A stretch of 58,931 bases of DNA from a virus (taxonomy: Duplodnaviria; Caudoviricetes). The DNA lies in the IMG/VR virus record IMGVR_UViG_3300042466_000346, positions 1-58,931 of that record; one strand, written 5' to 3'. This document shows, in pieces, positions 10,079 through 21,300 of the stretch. Position numbers and translations under genes: made by a program. Each line of letters opens with the position of its first letter. Position 1 is the first letter of the stretch. Under the pieces are notes generated by a model that saw only the letters and a list, made by a program, of their open reading frames with translations, ran no database searches and was not told the origin of the DNA.

Positions 10079-10585
10079 ATGCCAAACGTAAAATTAAACC
10101 TCGAAGTATACAAAGCCAAAGACTGTGGATTTATCTCAGTACTTGACACATCTTTTTACCCTATTGCTCCTGACACTGCTAACCTACAGGTAGATGTCCC
10201 CGGATACGACACTCCTTTTGAGTTTGAGTTTGTTCTGGGAGAAGTAAACATTCTAAATGCATATACTTTTGGATGGGTAGCATCAGAAGATACTGTTGGT
10301 GAGTTGCCTGATGGGGTTTATAATTTCGTATTGACAACATGCCCTGATTTAGGCATTAATAGCAGATTCCATTTGCGGACCTGCAAAATCGATTGCCGTC
10401 TTGCAGTACAGTGGGCAAAGTATGTTGACTGCTGTGATGACGAGAAAATGCTTTACTACTTAGATAAAGTGGATTTCTTACTCAGAGGAGCTGAGGCTCA
10501 GGCTGATTTGTGTAACCCTGTAAAAGCTACCGAGCTTTATCGTAAAGCTGATGACTTACTCAGAAGAATTGAACTTGACTGTTAA
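10079..10585 (+). CDS. Conserved structural protein (Ig-like N-terminus, helical C-terminus; vertex/hub-like)
   Basis: LPDGVYNF motif and Cys-containing helical tail; position in the structural module. Confidence 0.5.
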   Translation: MPNVKLNLEVYKAKDCGFISVLDTSFYPIAPDTANLQVDVPGYDTPFEFEFVLGEVNILNAYTFGWVASEDTVGELPDGVYNFVLTTCPDLGINSRFHLRTCKIDCRLAVQWAKYVDCCDDEKMLYYLDKVDFLLRGAEAQADLCNPVKATELYRKADDLLRRIELDC

Positions 10586-10739
10586 GAAAAAACTTGCCAA
10601 TGCTGCTTACAAAGAGTTGCAGCATATCAAGTACTTAACAAAACCATACCATAGAAAGTCTAGAAAGTATGCTAGTTTCCTTAGATACCAGCATTGCCTA
10701 GACTGCGACACAACTTTAAACTTTAAAACAAAACACTAA
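10551..10739 (+). CDS. Small basic hypothetical protein
   Basis: 62 aa, fills the gap between two genes, CxxC motif. Confidence 0.45.
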   Translation: MTYSEELNLTVKKKLANAAYKELQHIKYLTKPYHRKSRKYASFLRYQHCLDCDTTLNFKTKH

Positions 10740-10740
10740 A

Positions 10741-11307
10741 ATGGCTAAATGTTGTCAAACTAATAACTGTGTAGAGATAGAACCTTCTGGTTGTGTCAAG
10801 TACACTGGCACGCCTACTGCTGGCGGGCTGATTGATAAGCAGGATTACTGCGACCCCTATCTTAATGATATTATCAAGTTGTTTGATGACAACTTGACCT
10901 CTTTAGATGTACGAGTAGGTATTGATAAAACTGCTTTAGATGCAGTCAATACTTCTTGTGGAATTACTCCTGTAATCAACACAACTACTATTACTGTAAA
11001 AGACGAGAAGTATTATTCTTCTCAGGTTGTTCTTAAGTTGTTGGAGGTTGTATGTGAACTAAGGTCTCGCTTAAATTACCTTACTAGCGAAAATACTAAC
11101 ACTAACTTAGGCAACCTTCATTGGGAAGAAATGCCTTTGAGTACAGGATTTATTGCTTGGCTTAATAGTGTTAATCCAGAAACAGGTGTAACGTATGCCC
11201 AGTGTCTTGGAAACAACGTATGCGACCCTAATACAGGCTTGCTTACTTTAGGAGATTTATTGAAAGCAATCATTAACAAACTGTGCGACTGCTGCACTAT
11301 TCAATAA
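10741..11307 (+). CDS. Cys-rich fibre-associated structural protein
   Basis: C-x7-CVKYTG motif shared with the next gene; ends LCDCC. Confidence 0.5.
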   Translation: MAKCCQTNNCVEIEPSGCVKYTGTPTAGGLIDKQDYCDPYLNDIIKLFDDNLTSLDVRVGIDKTALDAVNTSCGITPVINTTTITVKDEKYYSSQVVLKLLEVVCELRSRLNYLTSENTNTNLGNLHWEEMPLSTGFIAWLNSVNPETGVTYAQCLGNNVCDPNTGLLTLGDLLKAIINKLCDCCTIQ

Positions 11308-11315
11308 TATAAGAA

Positions 11316-13244
11316 ATGGGACATTGCGTTGATTGTTACGGAACCTCTACAATAGCACCATGTGCTACAGTAGGGTGCATATCTACTAACTACGGTAAGT
11401 GTATCACTTACTCTGGCGTAGATTTATATTGCTCTCTAGGAGCTGTTGGAACATTTACTACTGCAGGTACTGCGGTTGTTCCCGGAACTACTACAGTTTA
11501 CACTTTAGGTGGAACTAACGTAAGTGGTACTGGAACAGGTGCTACCTTTGAAGTAACTCGTACAGTAGGTACTAATACCTACACAGTAAAAATTGCTAAC
11601 CGTGGTTCTGGGTATGCAGTAGGAAACCAAGTTAAAATCTTGGGTACATCATTAGGTGGTGCTACTCCTGCGAATGACGTGGTATTCACTATTACTGCTT
11701 TGAATCCAGTAATTGCTTCTGGTGCAGTTCTAGATGATATTATCACTAGTTTCCACAATGCTTTGTGTAGTGGATTAGCTGGTGGTGGTTTGGATTACTC
11801 TTCCTTAAACTACTCATGCCTTCGTCAGTCAGGTGTATTGACCGGTATTGGTACTGCAATTACAACTGAAGCTCAGTTTGTTACTTCTGCATCCGCTGCT
11901 TTGTGTTCTTTGTACACAACTTTGAATGCTTACGATACTACTGTAAATATTAGCTCATTCACTAACGTAGGTTCTTTGCCTGGAGTAACTGCTCCTTACA
12001 ACCTTAATGAAGTATTAGGCGGAGTTGCAACTGCAATCACTACTATTAATAGTGGCTTGAACTACGCTTCTATTACTTCTAATCCTTGTGTAGCTTACGC
12101 ATTCACCACTAAACCTAGTACTAGTGTAGTAGCTGACTACTTTAACTGGATTACTACTAACATGTGTGGTATGTTCCAGAGTCTTACTACAAGCATTGGT
12201 ACCGTAAGCACACTTGCTACTTCACTGAAGACTTATATTTCTGGTGTTTCTGCAGTTCCAGCTAACGTTGATACTTCTGTATTGGTGGGAGGTTCTGCAA
12301 CTAGTACAGCTTCTGCTGCTTTGATTCTTTTGATTTCTCAAGTAGATTCTTTGAACAGTTCTGTATCTACTCTTACCACAAATAATCTAAGTCTTACTTG
12401 GGCATCTTGTTTTGGTGGTACTTATCCTAGTAACTCTGTATTTAAAACTCAGACCTGGAACTGGTCTAATGCCTCTGTAAGTCTTCAAACTCAGTTGGAT
12501 AGAATTGTTTCAGTTCTTGCTACACTGAATATAAAGTTTGATGCAACTCAATTCACAATTACTACTGGTGCTTGTGGTCCTACTATTGCTTTGGCAGCAG
12601 GTGTTGCTTTCAGTGCTGCTAGTTTGAACGTTTGTTTATTGGATAACCTAGGTGACGTAACTGCGCCTACGCCTGCAGGTGGAGACTTCCTAGTAAGAGA
12701 CTCTTCTATCAGCCCTAATCACTGGAGAAACAAAACCTTCACCATTAAACTAAACGGTGCTACTGCTAATGTAACTCGTACAGATACCTCTACTAATGTT
12801 GAGTTTGACCTCGCAGTACTTGATAGTACTCCTGTGGCTCATCCTTTGGCAGGTGTAAGTGCTGCTACATTTAACGTAACAAATGCTGTTCGTTTTCCTG
12901 CCGGTAGCGTTGGTTTTCCTCACGGATATAAACATGGCCAAGTAGTTGCATTGCATGGGGTACTTCAGATGAACATTACTGCCCCCTTCTCATTAGCTCA
13001 CTTGGGTGTGTTAAACATAGCAACTATTCCCACAGCAATTAGACCTGCAGACCCAGTATACTTTAACGTAGAACTTTATGTTAAGGTGGGTGCTAGTTAT
13101 TCTAACGTCTACACCAGAGCAACTGCTCAATTGGACACTGCCGGTAACTTTGCTATCGTATTAATGAACCCAGCGGGATCACTTGCTCTTACATCAGGCG
13201 ACTTAATTGAAGTTGTCATCGGAGGTAATAGCTACGCTTTATAA
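11316..13244 (+). CDS. Tail fibre-like protein
   Basis: 642 aa, T/S/A/G-rich, C-x7-CITYSG N-terminus, C-terminal receptor-binding-like domain (VALHG...IATIPTAIRP). Confidence 0.6.
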   Translation: MGHCVDCYGTSTIAPCATVGCISTNYGKCITYSGVDLYCSLGAVGTFTTAGTAVVPGTTTVYTLGGTNVSGTGTGATFEVTRTVGTNTYTVKIANRGSGYAVGNQVKILGTSLGGATPANDVVFTITALNPVIASGAVLDDIITSFHNALCSGLAGGGLDYSSLNYSCLRQSGVLTGIGTAITTEAQFVTSASAALCSLYTTLNAYDTTVNISSFTNVGSLPGVTAPYNLNEVLGGVATAITTINSGLNYASITSNPCVAYAFTTKPSTSVVADYFNWITTNMCGMFQSLTTSIGTVSTLATSLKTYISGVSAVPANVDTSVLVGGSATSTASAALILLISQVDSLNSSVSTLTTNNLSLTWASCFGGTYPSNSVFKTQTWNWSNASVSLQTQLDRIVSVLATLNIKFDATQFTITTGACGPTIALAAGVAFSAASLNVCLLDNLGDVTAPTPAGGDFLVRDSSISPNHWRNKTFTIKLNGATANVTRTDTSTNVEFDLAVLDSTPVAHPLAGVSAATFNVTNAVRFPAGSVGFPHGYKHGQVVALHGVLQMNITAPFSLAHLGVLNIATIPTAIRPADPVYFNVELYVKVGASYSNVYTRATAQLDTAGNFAIVLMNPAGSLALTSGDLIEVVIGGNSYAL

Positions 13245-13250
13245 GATATT

Positions 13251-13320
13251 GACAGGATTTTTTGGTTGGTTACCCCTGTCTAATTACTAGTCGGAGCCTA
13301 GGAAACTAGGCTCTACTGGT
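13251..13320 (+). ncRNA. Putative structured intergenic RNA (two hairpins)
   Basis: Hairpin 1 GACAGG(13251-56)/CCTGTC(13275-80) with loop ATTTTTTGGTTGGTTAC; hairpin 2 13286-13320 with core GAGCCTAG-GAAA-CTAGGCTC. Expression is unproven. Confidence 0.4.
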
Positions 13321-13331
13321 TTAAGTAAAAC

Positions 13332-13361
13332 TTGACTAAAATTGAAATTTAATTATATTTG
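13332..13361 (+). promoter_or_regulatory. Bacteroidota sigma-A promoter
   Basis: TTG 13332-34, 19-nt spacer, TATATTTG 13354-61. Confidence 0.8.
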
Positions 13362-13375
13362 TAATAACGAGTGTT

Positions 13376-14017
13376 ATGTTAACTAATGGAGATTTAATCG
13401 CAAGAGTGAAAAGTGCTAATAAATTCATTACTAGCGATGACCTTATTAGTGACCGTTTCATTTATAATCTACTTAAATCAAAGGCATCTGTCTTGATTAA
13501 AAGGGAGATTAACTTGAAAAAATTATTAATGTCTGATAGTATTTATCAGGCATACGAGTGTATTTGTTTGATAGAAGCACCTGGTGCGGAATGTGATTTA
13601 GGTTGCCCTATTCGCAGAACAGCTAAAAAATTACCTAAGATTGAAGAAGGATTATATTCCTACTTTATTCAAGGTGTATTTAATACCTCAAACTCTGAGG
13701 AGTTGTTTCCTACCAGTATCCGTGACTTTATCAATCACAGTCGGCTTAGAGTAAAAACCAACCGTTCCTATTATACTATCCGTAATGGATACCTCTATGT
13801 TTTGAATCCAGACGTTGAGTCTGTAAACATGTATGCCTACTTTACTGAAAGCATCGAAGACATGGATGGTACCCAATGTTTAAGCATGTACGATAAGGAG
13901 TTCAAGATAGCTGCTTATTTGGTAGATGGTTTATTGCAACTTGTTAACCAAGATCTAATTAACTACCATAAGATGCCTGTTGAACAAGAGGATAACAATA
14001 GGGATGAACAAATGTAA
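13376..14017 (+). CDS. Tail ring protein (crAss-like)
   Basis: 213 aa; DDLISDRFIY, RTAKKLPKI, YYTIRNGYLY; precedes the IHF-like gene as in crAss phages. Confidence 0.65.
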   Translation: MLTNGDLIARVKSANKFITSDDLISDRFIYNLLKSKASVLIKREINLKKLLMSDSIYQAYECICLIEAPGAECDLGCPIRRTAKKLPKIEEGLYSYFIQGVFNTSNSEELFPTSIRDFINHSRLRVKTNRSYYTIRNGYLYVLNPDVESVNMYAYFTESIEDMDGTQCLSMYDKEFKIAAYLVDGLLQLVNQDLINYHKMPVEQEDNNRDEQM

Positions 14018-14019
14018 TT

Positions 14020-14469
14020 ATGGAAGTTAGCCCAAAGAAGTACAAGACCTACCGATCCGACGTAAACTACTCTAACAAAAAAGCTTACAATCAGTTTCTA
14101 AAAGAAACAAAACGTTCTGATATTACCTACGAAATGTTTAGTAAGATTCCTCAAATGGTGCATGAGAGGATGATTAGTAAAATGTATTCAGGTGCTTACT
14201 CTGTTCGCATCCCTAAGCTAGGGTTGTTCCGTTTACTTAAGGTAGCTCCCTTTGGTGAACCACATGCAACCATTGACTGGGGTAGATATCGTAAGACAGG
14301 CATCTGGGCACCATATCGTAACACCCACACTGACGGGTATATCTATAAGGTTCACCTTTATAGTTATTCCAAGAAGTTCCCTGAGTTAGGATTCTTTAGA
14401 TTCAGACTCGCAATAAAGCACCAAAGACATTTAGCCCAATTGATAAAAAATAACGAAATACACCGATGA
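14020..14469 (+). CDS. IHF/HU-like DNA-binding protein (crAss tail-module type)
   Basis: Basic 149 aa; VRIPKLGLFRL, IDWG and NTHTDGY motifs; synteny. Confidence 0.65.
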   Translation: MEVSPKKYKTYRSDVNYSNKKAYNQFLKETKRSDITYEMFSKIPQMVHERMISKMYSGAYSVRIPKLGLFRLLKVAPFGEPHATIDWGRYRKTGIWAPYRNTHTDGYIYKVHLYSYSKKFPELGFFRFRLAIKHQRHLAQLIKNNEIHR

Positions 14470-15302
14470 AGTACGAAAATATAAACTTCATATCTTCTGA
14501 GCCAATTGTGGCGGAAGTTAAACAAGAACTTAAGTCTTACTTCGAGGCAGGTGCTATTAGTGAAGTTTTGATTCCTACTTTCATTGACCAGTCCTTGCGT
14601 AAGCTTAAGGTAATGGTTCTTCAACCTGAAGAGACTGTAGCTCACTTTGTAAACTATAAGTCAGAGCTTCCTTGTGATTTTGCACTTCTAGATAGAGCTG
14701 CTTTGTATGATTCTCAGATAGAGTTTAGTTCTGGTATCACTACTATGAATGGGTACTTCTACATGTCTTCAGACTGTTCCTTCAGTGGAGAGTGTTGCAA
14801 TGATAAAACAGAGTACTTCGAACAAATCTTTGTATCTAATCCAGGCTTTAAGATTAGCATGAAGATGCCTAGGCCTATCCGTGTTTACCATGGATCTAAG
14901 GCATTATGTACAGAACAGTGTGCTAACTTGTATGCACCCGGCCCAGACATTATCCAGATTAATAACAACAGGACTATGTCTGCTTCTTTTGAGGAGGGCT
15001 GTATTTATGTAAGATACTTTGCTAGACCTACGGATGAATTTGGTATTCCTAAGATTCCTGAAATACTAGAAGTCGAAGAGTACATTAAGGCTTATCTTAA
15101 GTTTAAATTCTTTGAGATGCTTTGGCATTCTCAGTTAGATGAATCTGCTGCTCAGATTGAGCGTAAGTTTCAATACTACAAACAAGACCAGCTTGCTAAA
15201 CTACAGGCAGCATTTGGGTACTTGTTGACTAAGACTAAACAACAGAGTGCTGATAGCGTTGTGAAGGCACGTAATAAGTTTGTTAAATACCATATCATTT
15301 AA
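14466..15302 (+). CDS. Tail tubular/ring protein (P22 gp4-like)
   Basis: ASFEEGCIYVRY, DEFGIPKIP and EEYIKAY motifs; directly upstream of the stabilisation protein. Confidence 0.7.
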   Translation: MKYENINFISSEPIVAEVKQELKSYFEAGAISEVLIPTFIDQSLRKLKVMVLQPEETVAHFVNYKSELPCDFALLDRAALYDSQIEFSSGITTMNGYFYMSSDCSFSGECCNDKTEYFEQIFVSNPGFKISMKMPRPIRVYHGSKALCTEQCANLYAPGPDIIQINNNRTMSASFEEGCIYVRYFARPTDEFGIPKIPEILEVEEYIKAYLKFKFFEMLWHSQLDESAAQIERKFQYYKQDQLAKLQAAFGYLLTKTKQQSADSVVKARNKFVKYHII

Positions 15303-18300
15303 TGGAAAATAAAGTAAATCAGAATATCATTGGTCTTAACCTGGACTCTATTAACTGGCAAGTTAAGGAGAACCAGATTACATGGGCTTTAAATGCTAAT
15401 GTGCAAGCTCATGACGGTGACTCTGTTACTTACACAAATGAACCCAGCAACACAGAATGCTTTAGATTTGATCAAGGCACTTTGTCAGGATTTATTGTAG
15501 TAGGATTTACTAATATTATTGAGCAGTCTAAGGTTATTCTTTTCCTTACTCACCCAGACGGACGTTCTCGCATAGGTCAGATTACTGCTCTAGGCGATTC
15601 TTGTTTAGGTGTAGAAGTTACTGAAGAAGATTGTGGATGTAAGGCAGGTACCATCGTCACTACAGCTACTGTTGTAACAGACCTACCTGCAGATGAAGTT
15701 ACTTTACAGTGTCCAGATGGCTACTTCTATGATGCAGTTACTAACCTCTGTAAGAAGGTTCAATACGTTCCTATCGACGAAAGCTCTCAAACACTACCTG
15801 TAATTGCTACTTGCGTTAACGGAAGTGGTTGTGGTGTATTCTCTACCCACGGTTCTTTCTTACCTAACGTCTATACTAGCGCATACTCTACGTTAACACC
15901 TTCAGACTACTACACAATCAAAACTGAGTTACCTACACCTACTGGTACCAACTTTTGGAATCCTAATGGTATAGGTGTATTTAACGTAGCTACTTACTTA
16001 AAGAGTATTGCAGTACAAGCGGATTTAAATCCAGGAGGCGGACTATGTCGGGAGTGTCACACAATTAGTACTGTAACTCCTGAGAATCCTTCGGGGTATA
16101 TTGGTTTTGCTGAGACTGTTTGTATTGATCAAACCAAGGAGTATTATATGTCTTTGGCTGGAGACGAAGCTCTTCGTGTCTATATTGACAACGTTTTAAT
16201 TTTTGACTTTGATCCTGTAACCCCTTCTAAGATTCTAGGAGGAGCAGCATCTAATCTTTGGTCAAGACTTCACTTCTTTCCAATTACTTTAACTGCTGGT
16301 AGACACGTATTCAGGTTTGAGTACAAAAACACTGCAGGTATTGGTATGTTTGCTTATGAGGTATATGATATCTCATTGGCTCAGTTGCTTGACCCAAATC
16401 TTACTCAAGCAATCTTAACTGCATCTATTGCTCGTAGTAATGGTGAGCAGATTAGTTCTTTGCCTAAGAGAGGTTCTTACTTCACAGAGACGGAGAATGC
16501 TTGTCCAGACGGGTACATACTAACTGTAGACGAAAACTGCGTAGCATCTTGTAGTACTGTAATTACCGCAGAGAGAGAAGAGGTTACTGTTTCTTCTACT
16601 TGTTGTAAGTATGAGGATATAATCATTGACAATTGTTTAGACGAATGTGAACAGTCTTGTTACGAGTATGTAGTAGGATTAACAATAGACTTAAGTATTG
16701 AAAATACCGCTCTTGAAAAAGATTTTACTTACGAAGACTGTGCAGGCAATATTGTTCGTGACTTTATTCTAGGTGAACCTAAACGATTTACAGCTAGAAA
16801 AGGTACACTACTTTTAGAAGGGCCGTACATAGAAATACTTCAAGAAGTTCAAGTAGAGGATACTACCCCTGGAGTATTTTCTAAAGGCAACTGCTGTTTA
16901 AATTTTGATCCTGCCTTCCCAGTGAATGCGGAGTATCGTATAGATGACTGTGAAACCAAAGTTTATTATATTAGTAGGAATAATCCACCTCGCTATTTTT
17001 CTGATTTGTATCCTTATGGAAAAGACGCCTGTGGGAAGAATCGTACGTGCATTAGAGAAAGCTGTGAGGATTCTAAGCTATTTCCTAATTTCTGCATCCC
17101 AGAAGTTCACGCTACCTCTGTAGATAGTGGAGGTATGCTGGCAGCAGGTGCCTACTCGTTTGCTATAGCATACTGTGATGAGAACGGAGATGAGTTTGTA
17201 GATTATACAGACTACACCAACCCTATTCCAATTTTTGAAAGGACTATTACTGAACAGACAGAGTATGTAACCTCTAAGTCTATCACAGTTAATGTTAAAC
17301 ATAAGACTCGCATATTTGAGTACTTCAGTTTAGTAGTAGCAGAAACAGTAAACACAACTAACACATATCACCTAGTAGGTGTATACCGGGTAAATCAGGT
17401 CACAGACCAAGACACTGTAATCTATACAGGTGATTATAAAACTACTTTCTCTACAGTTGCTCCTGTAGTTAGAAGCCCTAGATACGATACTGCTAACATC
17501 ATTGAGAAGCAGAATGATATCTTGATGCTTGCTGACTTAGAAGAAGCTCCTAGATACAACTTCCAGCGTTTTGCTAGTAGATTGAAACTACTTTGGGAAA
17601 CTGTGAATATGCCGGCTGATGGACAGTTTGATTACTCATCCCCTGAAGTTGCTTACTTCTTTAGAACCTACCAGAGGGATGAGGTTTATCCTTTCGGTAT
17701 TAAATTCCGAATGAGTAATGGTAAGTACACTGATGTATTCCATATTCCTGGAAGAACTACGTTTACTGTTTTACCTCAGAATATAAATTTTGGAGATACT
17801 ACCTTACTAGATGGATCAAGTAACTTAGATGTATTTGTAGCGCAGACCGATTGTACTATCCCTGATCAACTGCCAGTTTGGAAAACATACAATACGGCTT
17901 CTCCTGGAACTAGTGTTGACTATGATGAGGACTTAGCATCGGATATTGAGAAACAATACAACTGTGCTATCACTAATGGTCTTCAAGGTGAGTTTGCTTA
18001 TTGGGAATCTACTGAGTTGTATCCTTGTTATGATGAGATATGGGAACAGTCTACTGACCCTAATGCTCCTTACTACAACCCAGAAGCATTAGCAGGCAAA
18101 CCTATTCGTCACCACAAGTTTCCCGACTCAGCTATTACCCACATTCATGACCATGACATTGCTTCTGGATCTACAGCGGATTCAGGAATTGGTGTAGAGA
18201 GTCCAAGTATATTGCATCCTATTGGAGTTCGTCTAGATGAAGCATCTTTGCTTAGTCTATTAAACCAAAAAAATCCAGACGGAACCTACGCTTACACTGT

Positions 18301-21300
18301 ATACGATCCTATCAAACGCAAGGAGATACCCATCAAAGATGTTATCTGCGGATATGAACTTGTACGAGGTAACCGTGTAGGTAATAAGTCTGTAATTGCT
18401 AAAGGATTACTTTATGATGTAGGAGAGTACTTTGATACTACTAATGATAAGAAGTATTACTACTCTAACTATCCCTACAATGACTTACGTGTAGATCCTT
18501 ACTTGATGAATGCTTCTCGTTGGTATGATGAGTCTAGAGAAATATTCCTTACCGACTCAGCTTTTATTGACGGTATCGGACGTGTAGGTGGATTCAGAAC
18601 TTACGACTTTAATGGAGGTAACAACAGATTTACTTTCTACTCCCCTGACACAAGTTTCCAGTTTCCTAAAATTGGTACAGAATTAAAACTTGAGACTGTA
18701 GAGTTTGGTAGAGTACTCGGACACTTTGTTCCCGTAGCTGAACATCCTCAGTATAGATTTTTGCAGGAAGGTGCGTTCAGAGATGCGGGACGTTTGTCTG
18801 CTATCTTATCAGCAAACGTTTCAGGATCTACTGAAGTGAGTGCAACAGTAACTGGTGGATTTGCTAATGGTTCTCGTTTTGATGTTCGCTACGATAAGCT
18901 TCTTGCTAACGAGCAGGTAATGCTTGATTTAATAGGTAAACTGATTCCGTTTGTAAATTTTGCTTATCAGTATAATTCTATTGCAAACTATAATCAGTAC
19001 GTACCTATCAATCCGTTGGCTACAGTTCCACACTTCGGTAGTAGTCGTAGATTTATTGAATTAGGTTATTACGCTAATGAAAGAATCGTTCAGGTATTTG
19101 ACGATGCTCCATTACATAATCGTTTAAGAGAAACTTCTGTTTACCTCAAGGTAAAAGACTTTATTAAAAACATTGAGTCTCAATTACTAGATAACTCTAG
19201 ATACGTTACATCTGCTACAACCTTAGTAGATGAAACAGGCGCTACTGTTAGTGACGAGGGTCATACATTAAACGCAACTACTGAACATCAAAGACGTACT
19301 ACCCGTGCTTACTATGGTTCTGTTAAACGTCAGTTTCCAAATCAGTATGGTCAGGTAGAAAACATTAAGTATGTTTCTACTGGGTATGCAGTTGATTTGT
19401 ACAGAACTGCTGGAGGTGGTGTGAGTCTTGAGTATAAGTATTATCCTGCTTTTGGTGGAGACACATTCATTACTCCTTTCTCCTTTAAGCGTAAACATTC
19501 TTTCTTTACAAGAAACTTAGTTAATCTTCCTGCCAAGGTAGATGAAGTACCATTTGATTACTGGTTATTCCCTAACATGGCATACCCAACCTACTACATT
19601 GGTACCGCTAGTAATGTTAATGCTATCAGTGGTTCAGAGATTGCAGTTGCTTTTGCTTTCGTAGCTGCAGGAGTTGGTGCTGGTATTGCTGGTATATCAT
19701 TAGGCGGAGCATTGGCTGTTGTGGGCGTGTATGCGCTTAACTTAGGAATCATGGAAGGCTTGAATGAACTCTGGAGTAAGTTTACTAAAAAGACTACTCT
19801 CGATGGTTCTAGTGACCACAGATACTATCAGGATGGTCACTTCTATACAGCCTCTTACGGGCTACCTATATTCTTTGTAGAGTCTGATGTTAATACTCAT
19901 TTTCGTCACGGTAGGGATACTGATAAAGAAAACTTCTACCCCAACGTAGGTGGGGGTATTCCTGATGATTGGTTGCAAGAAGCTACGGTACCTATCAAGT
20001 ACGATAACTTCTACCACTATAACGCTACTTACTCTGCCCAGAACTTAAGTCCTAACATGCCTTACAGGTTGAAGTATCCTTCCTTGGAGTGTTTAGTGAA
20101 TCACCAGAATCGTGTGATCTACTCAGACCAAGCAAGTAAATCTAATCTGTTGACAGACAAGTGGCTTAACTTCCGTCCAGGGAACTTCTATGATTTCCCT
20201 AAGCAAGGTGGTCGTTTAATTGATTTGAATGCCGGTGAAAGCGAAAGAGTATATGCTCGTTTTGAAAACACTACCAAAGTATACAATGCACGTATTGTAC
20301 TTACCTCTACTTCTCCTTATCAGTTGGAGATAGGTAACGCAGATATGTTCAAGCAAAAGCCTGTTGACTTGGCCGCTACTGACTTAGGTTATATCGGAAG
20401 CCAACACAAAGCTTATGTACGTTGTGAGTATGGAACCTTCTGGGTAGATGCTAAACGTGGACACGTGTATCAAATCACAGGAGACGGATTCAACGAAATC
20501 AAATCAGAGTTGAACTACAACTGGTTCAAAGAAAATCTACCATTCCAGATAATCAAAGATTTGCCTGAGGCAGATGTTGACGTGCCTTCTTTAGGTATTG
20601 GTATTACTATGGGATGGGATGAAAGATTCGAGCGTGTATTTATTACCAAGTTAGACTACAGAGTTAGACCTGAGTTTAGGAAGGGAAATACATCAGAGAT
20701 ACTTTACATTAACGATAGACTAGATCCTAACTACAAATACTATGTATTGAAGACCGGAACCACTGTCACTAGAGTTTCTTTATTCAACGGTACTTACTTT
20801 GAGAATAAGTCTTGGACAGTTGCTTATGCACCCAAGTTGAAAAACTTTATCTCCTTCTATTCTTTCTTGCCAAATTTCTATGTAGCTCAGTTGGGTCACT
20901 TCCAAACAATCACAACCACCGCTGCAGGAAGTTCACTTTGGAACCACAACCTACACCCGTACTTGTATCAGACTTACTATGGTAAGTTATATCCATACAT
21001 CATCGAGTATGCGGTTAACAGTCTTCCAATTAACTCTATCTTGACTTCAGTTTCTTTGATTGCAGAGATCCAAGAATACTACAGCAAGACCGAGTACTAC
21101 TCTCTGGGTACTGCGAACAATAAAAATATTGCCAACTTTAACAAGGCTATCATCTACAACAGAGAACAGTCTTCAGGTATTATTAACTTGATACCGGAAG
21201 TGTTTGGTAATACTAGACAGAAGCTTCTGTATCCTAGAATGGGAACTACTGGCATCGAGACTTTGTTATCTCGTAGGGAGAACAAGTATACCTTTAATGG

